From: an uncultured Candidatus Saccharibacteria bacterium
Lineage (GTDB): Bacteria > Patescibacteriota > Minisyncoccia > Phycocordibacterales > UBA2100
DNA length: 64,000 bases
Direction of reading: 5' to 3'
Assembly: GCA_964545165.1 (NCBI GenBank)
Contig: CAZJEQ010000002.1
Location: forward strand, 37,072 to 101,071
Shown here: in pieces, positions 37,384 to 45,756 of the stretch
Position numbering within the stretch: the first letter of the stretch is position 1
How the letters are laid out: each line of letters opens with the position of its first letter
The notes under the pieces: model-generated
The model's database searches: none
The model's input: the letters and a program-made list of their open reading frames with translations, nothing else
Told to the model about the DNA's origin: nothing
Translations under genes and position numbers: made by a program

Positions 37384-38087
37384 GCATCCTTGAATCCGAG
37401 TGCGGTGCGGAATTCCTTGAGCTCATCTCCCTTGATCGCGCGATGCTGGCCGGATTTTAAATCGCCGAGGCTGATGGTCATGATGCGCTTTCGCTTCAGC
37501 TCGATGGCGCTCTGCCCAAACGCGCCGCACATGCGACGAATCTGGTGCTTCTTGCCCTCAGTGATCGTGATGGAGAATTTCTTGTCGCCGAGGATGCGCA
37601 CGGTGCAGGGCTTGGTGGTGTAGCCGCCAATATCCACGCCCGCTTCCATGCGATCTTTGAAGTAGCCAGGCAGCTTCGCAAGCGTCACCACCTCGTACTC
37701 CTTCTCATGCTCGTAATCGGGATTGAGAAGTGCGTCCGTGAGGCGACCGTCGTCGGTCAAAATGATGAGGCCATAGGAATCCTTGTCGAGTCGTCCGACC
37801 GGGAAGACGTCCTTCTCAGGAATCATATCGGCAATCTCTGTCTCATCGCCTTGCGGAGAATGGGTAATCACACCGCGCGGTTTGTGGTACGCAAAATATC
37901 GATAGGTACGCGGCTTAAAAGTGACCTTAACGTCGTCTGTTTCATTCACCTTGTCACCAAGCTGCGCGAGACGCCCATTGATCATCACCTTCTTGGCGGT
38001 AATCAGTTTATCCGCATCACGACGCGTGCAGTACTTTTGCAGCGCGAGATATTTATTGATGCGCATTGGGTACGCTGCCTTTTCCAT
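37380..38087 (-). CDS. rRNA pseudouridine synthase (RsuA/RluB/RluF family)
   Basis: S4 domain RINKYLA, GRLDKDSYG, EKEY, EGKKHQIRRM. Confidence 0.92.
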   Translation of the reverse strand: MEKAAYPMRINKYLALQKYCTRRDADKLITAKKVMINGRLAQLGDKVNETDDVKVTFKPRTYRYFAYHKPRGVITHSPQGDETEIADMIPEKDVFPVGRLDKDSYGLIILTDDGRLTDALLNPDYEHEKEYEVVTLAKLPGYFKDRMEAGVDIGGYTTKPCTVRILGDKKFSITITEGKKHQIRRMCGAFGQSAIELKRKRIMTISLGDLKSGQHRAIKGDELKEFRTALGFKDA

Positions 38088-38128
38088 AAGGCAGCATTCT
38101 ACAATATTTCTGGCCTTATGGCAAGATA

Positions 38129-38662
38129 TTACTTGAGCTGCAGTGATCGCATCACTTTCTCGAAATCATTATGGATGGCATCCGTAGGCTCCATCATCGT
38201 CACTGTCAGCATCACAATCTCATCGCCGTTTTCGAAGACATAGCTCTCGCCGCGATACAGACCGTCCCAGACATACGCGACCGCCTCTGCACCCGCCTGT
38301 GTGGTCGAGGCGAGTGCACCGTTGGAAAGCTGGAAATTGGAGGCGGAGTTGGATTTGACCCAGTCGGACGGCGAGAGGTCCCGCGGGTTCTGGAATACAT
38401 CGAGGGTAATCGTGGTCGGGCCCTCGCCATTTTGCGGCGTAGCCGCAAGCGCATCTTTGTCGGCGAGAATAATCGTGTGACGATCAGCAAAATGCTGTTC
38501 ATCGACCGAGTAATGAGCGGGGTACGTGAATGAGATGCCGTACTCCGCATTTGAGAAATCAGACATCGGCTCCGAAAACGCACGGTACGCAAAGAAGCCG
38601 CCAATGGCGACGAGGATGATCGCCAGCGCTCCTCCCACGTAATACATCTGTTTAGTGTTCAT
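38129..38662 (-). CDS. Hypothetical membrane-anchored protein (PsbP-like)
   Basis: N-terminal TM; N.EYGISFTYP motif. Confidence 0.7.
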   Translation of the reverse strand: MNTKQMYYVGGALAIILVAIGGFFAYRAFSEPMSDFSNAEYGISFTYPAHYSVDEQHFADRHTIILADKDALAATPQNGEGPTTITLDVFQNPRDLSPSDWVKSNSASNFQLSNGALASTTQAGAEAVAYVWDGLYRGESYVFENGDEIVMLTVTMMEPTDAIHNDFEKVMRSLQLK

Positions 38663-38699
38663 ATGTGTGATGACGAATGAAAATGATAGTAATGACACG

Positions 38700-39755
38700 C
38701 TATTTTACCGGTGGCCGAGCGGATTCGCAGATATCGATAATCGCGAGCTCGAGCGGTAGGTGCGGCACTGCAGCATACGCCATGCGAGAGTATGCCTCAA
38801 GGACGGTGCGCAGCGTATCAGAATTGATGACGGCCGACGTCGCCTGCTCAGCGACGAGGACGCGATCCGCTTCGGTGAGCTCTTCTGCGAGCGATGTCGC
38901 AAGGTCTGGCGCGTAGCGCGTCAACAAAATGATACGGAGTCGGTGAATCAAAAGCTTCACCAGCGTACGCGCGTCCATGTTTTCTCCAATCGCGATCTGC
39001 ATGACGGCGAGCGCGGCATTGCTATCCTTGGCCGCAAGCGCCGCGAGAAGCTGACGCACGAGCTCGCCGCGCGGAGCACCCGAGACGGTCTCCACCTCGC
39101 TCACGTCTATTTTTTTGTTGCTGGATACCGAGAGCACCTTTTGCAAAATCGAAAGCGCATCACGGAATGATCCCTCGGCGAGCAGTGCCACGAGCTCGGC
39201 CGCAGCGCGCTCCATTGCAAATCCCTCTTTCTTGGCGACCTCGATGATGGTGTGAGCGAGCACTTCGCGTGTCGGCTGTTTAAACGTGTGGATTTCGCAA
39301 CGCGATTGAATCGTTTCCGGTACCTTGTCGCGTTCCGTCGTCGCGAGCACAAAGATCGCATGCTTTGGCGGCTCTTCGAGTGTCTTCAGAAATGCATTCC
39401 ACGCATCACGGGTCAGCATGTGCGCTTCGTCGATGATGTAGAACTTGTATTCGGATTCAAACGGTGAGGCATACACACCCTCACGAAGCATGCGAATGTC
39501 GTCGATGCCGCGATTGGAGGCAGCATCCATTTCGTACAAATCTTTTTCCGACACATCGAGTGCGGAGGCGAGAATGCGCGCGACCGTGGTCTTGCCGGTA
39601 CCGCGCGTACCCGCAAAGAGGTAGGCGTGAGCGATCTTATTGTTTTTGATCTCGGCCTTGAGTGTCTCGGTGACCTGCTCCTGGCCTTTTACCTCGTCCC
39701 ATTTCTGCGGCCGATATTGTCTATATAAAGTCCCCTGTTTTACCTCTTTTGCCAT
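38700..39755 (-). CDS. dnaX: DNA polymerase III gamma/tau subunit (short)
   Basis: LYRQYRPQ, GTRGTGKTT, DAASNRG, DEAHML, TIQSRC. Confidence 0.95.
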   Translation of the reverse strand: MAKEVKQGTLYRQYRPQKWDEVKGQEQVTETLKAEIKNNKIAHAYLFAGTRGTGKTTVARILASALDVSEKDLYEMDAASNRGIDDIRMLREGVYASPFESEYKFYIIDEAHMLTRDAWNAFLKTLEEPPKHAIFVLATTERDKVPETIQSRCEIHTFKQPTREVLAHTIIEVAKKEGFAMERAAAELVALLAEGSFRDALSILQKVLSVSSNKKIDVSEVETVSGAPRGELVRQLLAALAAKDSNAALAVMQIAIGENMDARTLVKLLIHRLRIILLTRYAPDLATSLAEELTEADRVLVAEQATSAVINSDTLRTVLEAYSRMAYAAVPHLPLELAIIDICESARPPVK

Positions 39756-39762
39756 GGCAGCA

Positions 39763-39913
39763 GTATAGCCTTGAAATTCTCAGCTGAGAATTTCAAGAGC
39801 TACACCCGGACGCAGTCCCGCAGGACTGCGACGTGGGGTGTAACCTTATCTTCACCAGAGAATCTCAGGAGTTATGCCCGGCCACCTCCCTGCAGGGAGG
39901 TGACGTGGGGCAT
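39763..39913. repeat. 82-bp double-palindrome element, copy 2 (39763-39844) plus partly degenerate tandem copy 3 (39838-39913)
   Basis: Palindromes at 39770-39797, 39811-39830 and 39883-39902; same frame as 30528-30609. Confidence 0.85.
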
Positions 39914-39927
39914 GCATAAAAACTAAT

Positions 39928-39964
39928 ACCGGCGGAGATGGCTATCTCCGCCGGTCCATTTTTT
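39928..39964. terminator. Terminator-like hairpin
   Basis: accggcggagat-ggct-atctccgccggt with an adjacent T run. Confidence 0.7.
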
Positions 39965-39970
39965 CTTCGT

Positions 39971-40441
39971 TCAGAGCTTTACTCGATGCTTAGCAGCCAG
40001 ACCACGGATTCCCAACAGCTGCTGTGCTGGCTGCACGCCGTGGACATTGTCGTGGAGGTCCGAAAAGCTCACCCGCTTGCCCATCTGCTCCGCCTTACGG
40101 ATGAGCGTCCAGCCTGTCGGAATCATGCGACTGAGATCATGCGCGCGACGCACGACATTCTCAGCCTGCGCAGCACCACGCTCCAGTCGATACAGGACGC
40201 CTCTCATATTCTCATGATGCGCGTACAACACTGCAACCGCTTCACTGAGACGTCGCAGCGACGGCTTCTCCTTGGGTCGCGCATCAAGATATTTCAATAC
40301 GTAGCTTCGCGCAGACGGCTCGTCGAACGGCGCTGTGTCTTCTGCATGCGGCACCATTTTTACGGGCCCTGCAGACCGAGAGCGCGAACTCCCAGGATGC
40401 TGAAATGAAGCAGCATGGGGCGTTGCAGCACTGGTCATCAT
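39971..40441 (-). CDS. Hypothetical protein
   Basis: SD-like AAGGGAG; hairpin downstream; no motif recognised. Confidence 0.5.
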   Translation of the reverse strand: MMTSAATPHAASFQHPGSSRSRSAGPVKMVPHAEDTAPFDEPSARSYVLKYLDARPKEKPSLRRLSEAVAVLYAHHENMRGVLYRLERGAAQAENVVRRAHDLSRMIPTGWTLIRKAEQMGKRVSFSDLHDNVHGVQPAQQLLGIRGLAAKHRVKL

Positions 40442-40502
40442 GGTCTCCCTTGGATGATATTGCTACCGTGTAGAGAAACGGCTCCACATACCTTACAGAA
40501 AT

Positions 40503-41480
40503 TTAGGTCTTATTCAATGCTCGCTGAAGCAATTCGCGTGCTGCAGCGAGACTCTCCGCATCCATCAATTGCTGGCGCAATTCTTTGGCATTGTCCCAGC
40601 CACCGATGTAGGCCTTGAAATGTCGCTTCATCACGGCGTCGTTTTGGAATCCCGAGAGATGCTTTTGGAAGAGCTGAATATGTTCGATAAGTGCGCGCAT
40701 CTTCTCCTCGGGAGATTTCACTGCTGCATCCGACTCATTAAAAATCCAGGGATTGCCGAAGACCGCGCGGCCGAGCATGCCGCCATCACATTTTGCAGCA
40801 GCGATTTTCTCGCGCGCATCGGCGAGATCTTTCAGATCACCATTGCCGATGATGAGCGTCTCCTTACCCATCGCGTCGCGGATCTCTACCGCACGCGCCA
40901 CATGCTCCCAACGCGCCGGCACCTCGGACATCTCTTTGCGGGTACGCGCATGGATGGCGAGCGCGGCAATATCTTCTGCGAGCAGCGCTGGCACCCACGT
41001 CTCTATCTGATTTTCGTTGTAGCCGATACGGGTCTTTACCGAGACCGGAATATTCGGCGCTCCACGCTTGACCGCACGGATGATCTCGCATGCGAGCGGC
41101 GGATTCTTGATCATGGCAGCGCCGCATCCACTCTTCTCGATCTCCTTCGCAGGACATCCCATATTGATGTCTACTCCATCAAATCCCAGCTCTTGGCAGA
41201 GCCTCGCAGCTGCTTCCATCCGCTCGGGTACTGCGGAAAAAAGCTGCGCAACGATCGGTCGCTCGATCTCGCTGTATTCCAGCTTCTTTCCGAGACGACG
41301 CTTGCCGCGCTCATCAGCGAGTACGAGCCCATCGGCAGCGGTAAATTCGGTATAAAAGACGCGTGGGATCGACGGATCTGCAAAGCGCGCGATGAGATGC
41401 CGGAACGCGGCATCTGTCACATCCTCCATTGGCGCGAGCACGAAGAACGGCCGCGGGAGATCTTTCCAGAAATTCTTCAC
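40503..41480 (-). CDS. dus: tRNA-dihydrouridine synthase
   Basis: LAPMEDVTD, DINMGCP, VSVKTRIG, HART, GNGD; GTG start. Confidence 0.93.
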   Translation of the reverse strand: MKNFWKDLPRPFFVLAPMEDVTDAAFRHLIARFADPSIPRVFYTEFTAADGLVLADERGKRRLGKKLEYSEIERPIVAQLFSAVPERMEAAARLCQELGFDGVDINMGCPAKEIEKSGCGAAMIKNPPLACEIIRAVKRGAPNIPVSVKTRIGYNENQIETWVPALLAEDIAALAIHARTRKEMSEVPARWEHVARAVEIRDAMGKETLIIGNGDLKDLADAREKIAAAKCDGGMLGRAVFGNPWIFNESDAAVKSPEEKMRALIEHIQLFQKHLSGFQNDAVMKRHFKAYIGGWDNAKELRQQLMDAESLAAARELLQRALNKT

Positions 41481-41593
41481 GAAAATACACTAACACACTT
41501 TGACTTCGCGGGGATATCACGTTACAAACGGTGCAGGTGCTCCGTGCGAGTCCTATATGTCTAGTAGCTCACCTCTAGTGTAATGGGGAGAAG

Positions 41594-42085
41594 ATGGCAA
41601 GAGGTATCTTGATTCAAACAGACGATCGTCGCGCATCTGACGCTGCACGCGAAGCGGCCAGAGCGTTTGACCTGCTCAGGCATCACGTCGATGGCGTCAA
41701 CCTGCTCACCGAGGATCACCCGGAGTTGCTCAACTCGATCGACTCCTGCCTCCGATACGGCGGTGCCACCTACCTGGGCGCACTCATCAAGGAGAAGTTC
41801 AGCGGGGTTGGCTACAACCATGCGTTCGGCATCATCAAGCAGATCGTCGCGCGCATGCCAGAGACCTTAGCTGACGCCAGTCTGTGCGAAGTCTTCGGCA
41901 TGGGCCGGTCGAAAGACTGGCTCCTCGGGCTCAACCCGAAAGAACACCGCGCTGAGCGGAAGACCGTCGGCGAGAAGTACCGAGAGATCCTGCGGGACGG
42001 TAGCGACGAATGGATCGGTCTGCACATCGGAAGAATGCTAACCGCGTGCATGCCGACGCAACCAGCACAAGCCAGGCGCGTCTAA
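41594..42085 (+). CDS. Hypothetical protein
   Basis: SD-like GGGGAG, coding-like codon pattern, own terminator. Confidence 0.6.
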   Translation: MARGILIQTDDRRASDAAREAARAFDLLRHHVDGVNLLTEDHPELLNSIDSCLRYGGATYLGALIKEKFSGVGYNHAFGIIKQIVARMPETLADASLCEVFGMGRSKDWLLGLNPKEHRAERKTVGEKYREILRDGSDEWIGLHIGRMLTACMPTQPAQARRV

Positions 42086-42100
42086 CCATGACGCGGATCG

Positions 42101-42132
42101 GGATGGGCGACTTCGGTCGCCCTCCTTTTTTT
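42101..42132 (+). terminator. Intrinsic terminator
   Basis: gggcgac-ttcg-gtcgccc followed by a T run. Confidence 0.8.
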
Positions 42133-43048
42133 ATTGAGCAGAGACCTCCGCCTCGCCTTTCATTTTAAAGTAGACGCGATTCCCGAATCTGAGATCGATA
42201 TATTCCAAATTCGCCTCTTTACCCCGCAATGCATCAGAGGCGAGGATGAGATTGAGATTACGCACGAGCTGTCCTGCATCTTGTCCGTAGGATGCTTTGA
42301 TAAAGAATCCTTCACTCAGGTGCACAAAAAAGTCTTGATCATTTTCAATCGACACCATGGCAGGTCGGAAATCTGCTTGCTCGAGATAGCGCAGCATCGC
42401 GACGAGTCCCGGCACGTGCGTCGGCGCAAAGACTGATCCGATCGGCGCTGCGTCAGCCTGCTCGATGCCACGACTAAACACGTACTCATTCGCACCGCGC
42501 TCTCCGTCGGCTGCTTCGGCGTATATAAATCCCCCGTCGTCCATCCAATAGCACGTGGCCGCTCCTTCTACCGGCTCGGCACACCATTTCGAAAATGGCT
42601 TGCGCTCTTCTATCTGGACCACCAGCTCCGTCGAGAGTGGTCGGCGAAGCGCGAGGGTGGCCGATTTGATCCGCGGAAAATTCGCGGCGATGGAGTGCGC
42701 GATACCGCTCTTGGGATAGAGCACGATGTTGCGACGCGCGAGGAAATGGAATCGTTCACTGTCGAGAAGCTCGTTCACATAGCTCCGGACGATCTCTGGT
42801 GGCATGCGCTCGGCTCCTTCGACCGTGATTGTCTGGATGGTGAGCTGCGGATGATACGAGAGGACATGCACGCCATAGCCAAGCGCCGCAAGCAGCACGA
42901 CAAACACGCCAGACCAGATCAGGCGCGTACGGCGTCTGCGGACGCGCAGGGGCGAGCGACGCTCCGTTTCGCGCTGCGGTGCACGTGCTGCCGGAGTAGG
43001 ACGAGCGACTCGCCCACCTCGCAAATCAATTACTTTTTTTGATGACAT
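42131..43048 (-). CDS. FtsQ/DivIB-like cell division protein
   Basis: Basic N-terminus, TM, POTRA-like I..ITVEG, VQIEER, LEYIDLRFGNRVY. Confidence 0.8.
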   Translation of the reverse strand: MSSKKVIDLRGGRVARPTPAARAPQRETERRSPLRVRRRRTRLIWSGVFVVLLAALGYGVHVLSYHPQLTIQTITVEGAERMPPEIVRSYVNELLDSERFHFLARRNIVLYPKSGIAHSIAANFPRIKSATLALRRPLSTELVVQIEERKPFSKWCAEPVEGAATCYWMDDGGFIYAEAADGERGANEYVFSRGIEQADAAPIGSVFAPTHVPGLVAMLRYLEQADFRPAMVSIENDQDFFVHLSEGFFIKASYGQDAGQLVRNLNLILASDALRGKEANLEYIDLRFGNRVYFKMKGEAEVSAQ

Positions 43049-44297
43049 CTTTGCCCATGTAGCCGCGAAGCGCTTCTGGCACCGTGATTGAGCCATCGGC
43101 CTCCTGATAATTCTCGACTATCTGGCAGAGAATGCGCGGCATGGCGAGCGCGGTGTTGTTGAGCGAGTGCACATAGCGGACCTTACCCTCGTCATCGCGA
43201 TATCGAATGTTCATACGGCGCGCCTGGAAATCATGGAAGTATGACGACGAGTGTGTCTCGCGGTAGCGCTGCTCACTCGGCATCCATGCCTCGATGTCGT
43301 ATTTCTTCACCTGGCCGAGACCAAGATCGCCGCCGCAATTGATCACGACGTGATACGGGAGCTTCAATTCCTGCAGGAGTTTCTCAGAATTCTCAGTCAA
43401 CTCCTCGTGGTGCTTCACGCTCTCCTCGTGCGAGGCTTCGCAGAGTACGACCTGTTCGTATTTAATAAATTCGTGAATACGAAAGACGCCCTTGGTGTCT
43501 TTGCCATGGCTGCCTGCTTCGCGCCGGAAGCATGGTGAGAACGCGAAGAATTTGGTGGGCAACTGTGACTTGTCGAGAATCTCATCCATGTAGTAGCCCA
43601 TGGATGCGACCTCTGCGGTGCCCGCAAGATACTCACCATCTTGTGTCTTGTAGAGATCTTCTTCGCTCTGTGGCAAATAGCCAGTGCCGACGAATGGCTC
43701 GCGGCGCACGAGGCTCGGCACCACGATCGGTGTAAAGCCATCCCGGTGCATGAAGCGATCCTGCACGAAGCGCTCGAGTGCCCACAAGAGCCGCGCACCA
43801 TCATTTTTCAAGAAATAGCCGCGAAAGCCCGCGACCTTGGTACCGCGTTCGAAATCCGCCATGTCGTTATCGAGCATGAGATCGACGTGCGTCTTGGGCG
43901 CAAAATCAAACGTGCGAATATCGCCCCATGTTTTTACTTCCTTGTTGTCGGCATCACTCTCGCCGTCCGGCACGGAAATATCCGGCACATTCGGCACGGT
44001 GAGCATGATGGCACGCCATTTCACCATGATTTCCTGGAGCGACTCTTCCTGCATTTTCAGCGTCTCCTTGAGCGACTGCATCTTCGCAATTACGGCTTCA
44101 CGCTCTTCGGGAGTCGCCTTCACGATCATGTCGCTCGCGACGTTTTGCTCAGCGCGCTTCTCATCAATAGACGCCTGCAGATCTTTGCGCTTGTCATCGA
44201 GCTTGATGAGCTCATCAAAATCTATGGTGAGGTGCTTCTTTTTGGCACCTTCGGAGACGAGATCTCTATTCTCGCGAATGAATTTAATATCAAGCAT
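43026..44297 (-). CDS. serS: Serine--tRNA ligase
   Basis: MLDIKFIREN, GTAE, CFRREAGS, KKYDIEAW, HSLNNT. Confidence 0.96.
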   Translation of the reverse strand: MLDIKFIRENRDLVSEGAKKKHLTIDFDELIKLDDKRKDLQASIDEKRAEQNVASDMIVKATPEEREAVIAKMQSLKETLKMQEESLQEIMVKWRAIMLTVPNVPDISVPDGESDADNKEVKTWGDIRTFDFAPKTHVDLMLDNDMADFERGTKVAGFRGYFLKNDGARLLWALERFVQDRFMHRDGFTPIVVPSLVRREPFVGTGYLPQSEEDLYKTQDGEYLAGTAEVASMGYYMDEILDKSQLPTKFFAFSPCFRREAGSHGKDTKGVFRIHEFIKYEQVVLCEASHEESVKHHEELTENSEKLLQELKLPYHVVINCGGDLGLGQVKKYDIEAWMPSEQRYRETHSSSYFHDFQARRMNIRYRDDEGKVRYVHSLNNTALAMPRILCQIVENYQEADGSITVPEALRGYMGKDVIKKSN

Positions 44298-44303
44298 AGG
44301 AAA

Positions 44304-44375
44304 GAACGTAGGTCGTGGTTCGTAGTTCGTAGAAAATGCGCCGCATCCCCTACGTTCTACGTTCTACGTTCTACG
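44304..44375. repeat. Short heptamer tandem repeats between serS and dprA
   Basis: (CTACGTT)x3 plus CTACG at 44350-44375; GTAGGTC-GTGGTTC-GTAGTTC-GTAG at 44308-44332. Confidence 0.7.
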
Positions 44376-44395
44376 CACTGTAGAATATTAGCACT

Positions 44396-45259
44396 ATGGA
44401 AGATGAGCTCAAACTACTAGCTCCTTCGGAATTTCCCCAGCTCCTCCAAGAAATTCCTGACCGCCCCAAACAGCTCCATGTACGCGGGACGCTGCCGAGT
44501 GACGAGTATAAATGGCTTGCCGTGGTCGGCAGCCGCGCCTGTACCGACTACGGGCGTCGTGCCTGCCGCTATTTAATAGAGGGCCTCCGAGGCTACCCCG
44601 TCGTCATTGTCTCTGGCCTCGCCTACGGCATTGATGCCGAGGCGCACAAAGCCGCGATAGACGCGAATTTAGCGACCGTGGGCATCCCCGGCTCGGGACT
44701 TGATTGGGAGGTGCTCTATCCGCGCGCCAATGTCGCGCTCGCCCGGGAAATTTTGGAAAAAGGTGGTGCCCTTGCCTCGGAATTCAAAATGGATCAGAAG
44801 GCTGCCGACTACACCTTCCCCGCCCGCAATCGCATCATGGCCGGGATGACGCACGCGACACTGATGATCGAAGCCAAGGAAAAATCTGGCACGCTCATTA
44901 CCGCAAAGCTTGCGGTGGATTACAACCGTGAGCTCCTCGTCGTCCCGGGATCGATCTTCGCCGAGGAGTCCCGTGGCGTACACCAATTTCTGCGTCTCGG
45001 TGCGACCGCCGTGACGAAGCCGGAAGACATTCTGATGACACTCGGCATCGTTCCCCGCGAGAGCGGTGGTCTCGCGAGTCTTCGCAGCGACCTTTCGACT
45101 GAGGAACTACAGGTGTGCGAGATACTCGCTTCACCACGCTCGCGCGATGCGCTCCTCGCGATACTCGACATGCCGATTATGGAGGCCAATATTCTATTGA
45201 GCACGATGGAAATAAAGGGCCTGATCGTGGAAGAGTTGGGTGTCATTCGAATTCGATAA
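44396..45259 (+). CDS. dprA: DNA-processing protein DprA
   Basis: AVVGSR, VSGLAYGID, FPARNRIMAG, SGTLITA. Confidence 0.95.
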   Translation: MEDELKLLAPSEFPQLLQEIPDRPKQLHVRGTLPSDEYKWLAVVGSRACTDYGRRACRYLIEGLRGYPVVIVSGLAYGIDAEAHKAAIDANLATVGIPGSGLDWEVLYPRANVALAREILEKGGALASEFKMDQKAADYTFPARNRIMAGMTHATLMIEAKEKSGTLITAKLAVDYNRELLVVPGSIFAEESRGVHQFLRLGATAVTKPEDILMTLGIVPRESGGLASLRSDLSTEELQVCEILASPRSRDALLAILDMPIMEANILLSTMEIKGLIVEELGVIRIR

Positions 45260-45345
45260 TCTTGAGTCTCTGCCTAACGTGTGGTATAGAATATCCAGTT
45301 CGTAAGCGTACGCGTTTCCTCCTCTCCAACCGAAGGATCTCTCTG

Positions 45346-45624
45346 ATGCCTAGCTATCACTGGCCCGACCTCACACGCCAGCAGAAGAGCGCTGCACTCC
45401 GGCACGTACTTTCGCTCAAGAAGAACCGCACCGCCACCGGCCGTGAGATCCAGCAGCAATACTTCACGGGCGTCTCGGACACCGGGCTGATCACGCACAC
45501 GTGGCGTCACGGTCCCGCGCTGCCCAACGCTCGGGTGAATCGTCACCGTCGCGTGCGCCCCTTCTCGCGTCGCACGTTGCGCACCGCTCGCGCGCGTCGA
45601 CACGGCCGCATCATCGCGCGCTAA
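45346..45624 (+). CDS. Hypothetical Arg-rich protein
   Basis: SD-like GAAGGA, upstream -10-like TAGAAT, downstream hairpin. Confidence 0.5.
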   Translation: MPSYHWPDLTRQQKSAALRHVLSLKKNRTATGREIQQQYFTGVSDTGLITHTWRHGPALPNARVNRHRRVRPFSRRTLRTARARRHGRIIAR

Positions 45625-45756
45625 GCGCGCACGCTGCTCGTTTTTTGAAACTGTGGTCGCTCCGCGCGGCCACAGTTTCACCTTTAAAGATTTGACATGT
45701 GCTAGTGTAATGGAGTATTACTCCGTTTCGTCGCATCAGTGCGACATTCTATATAT

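Noticed and set aside
30528-39913. Repeats as a CRISPR array or integron attC sites
   Set aside because: No repeat-spacer periodicity, no cas or intI gene, and the copies do not flank cassette ORFs.
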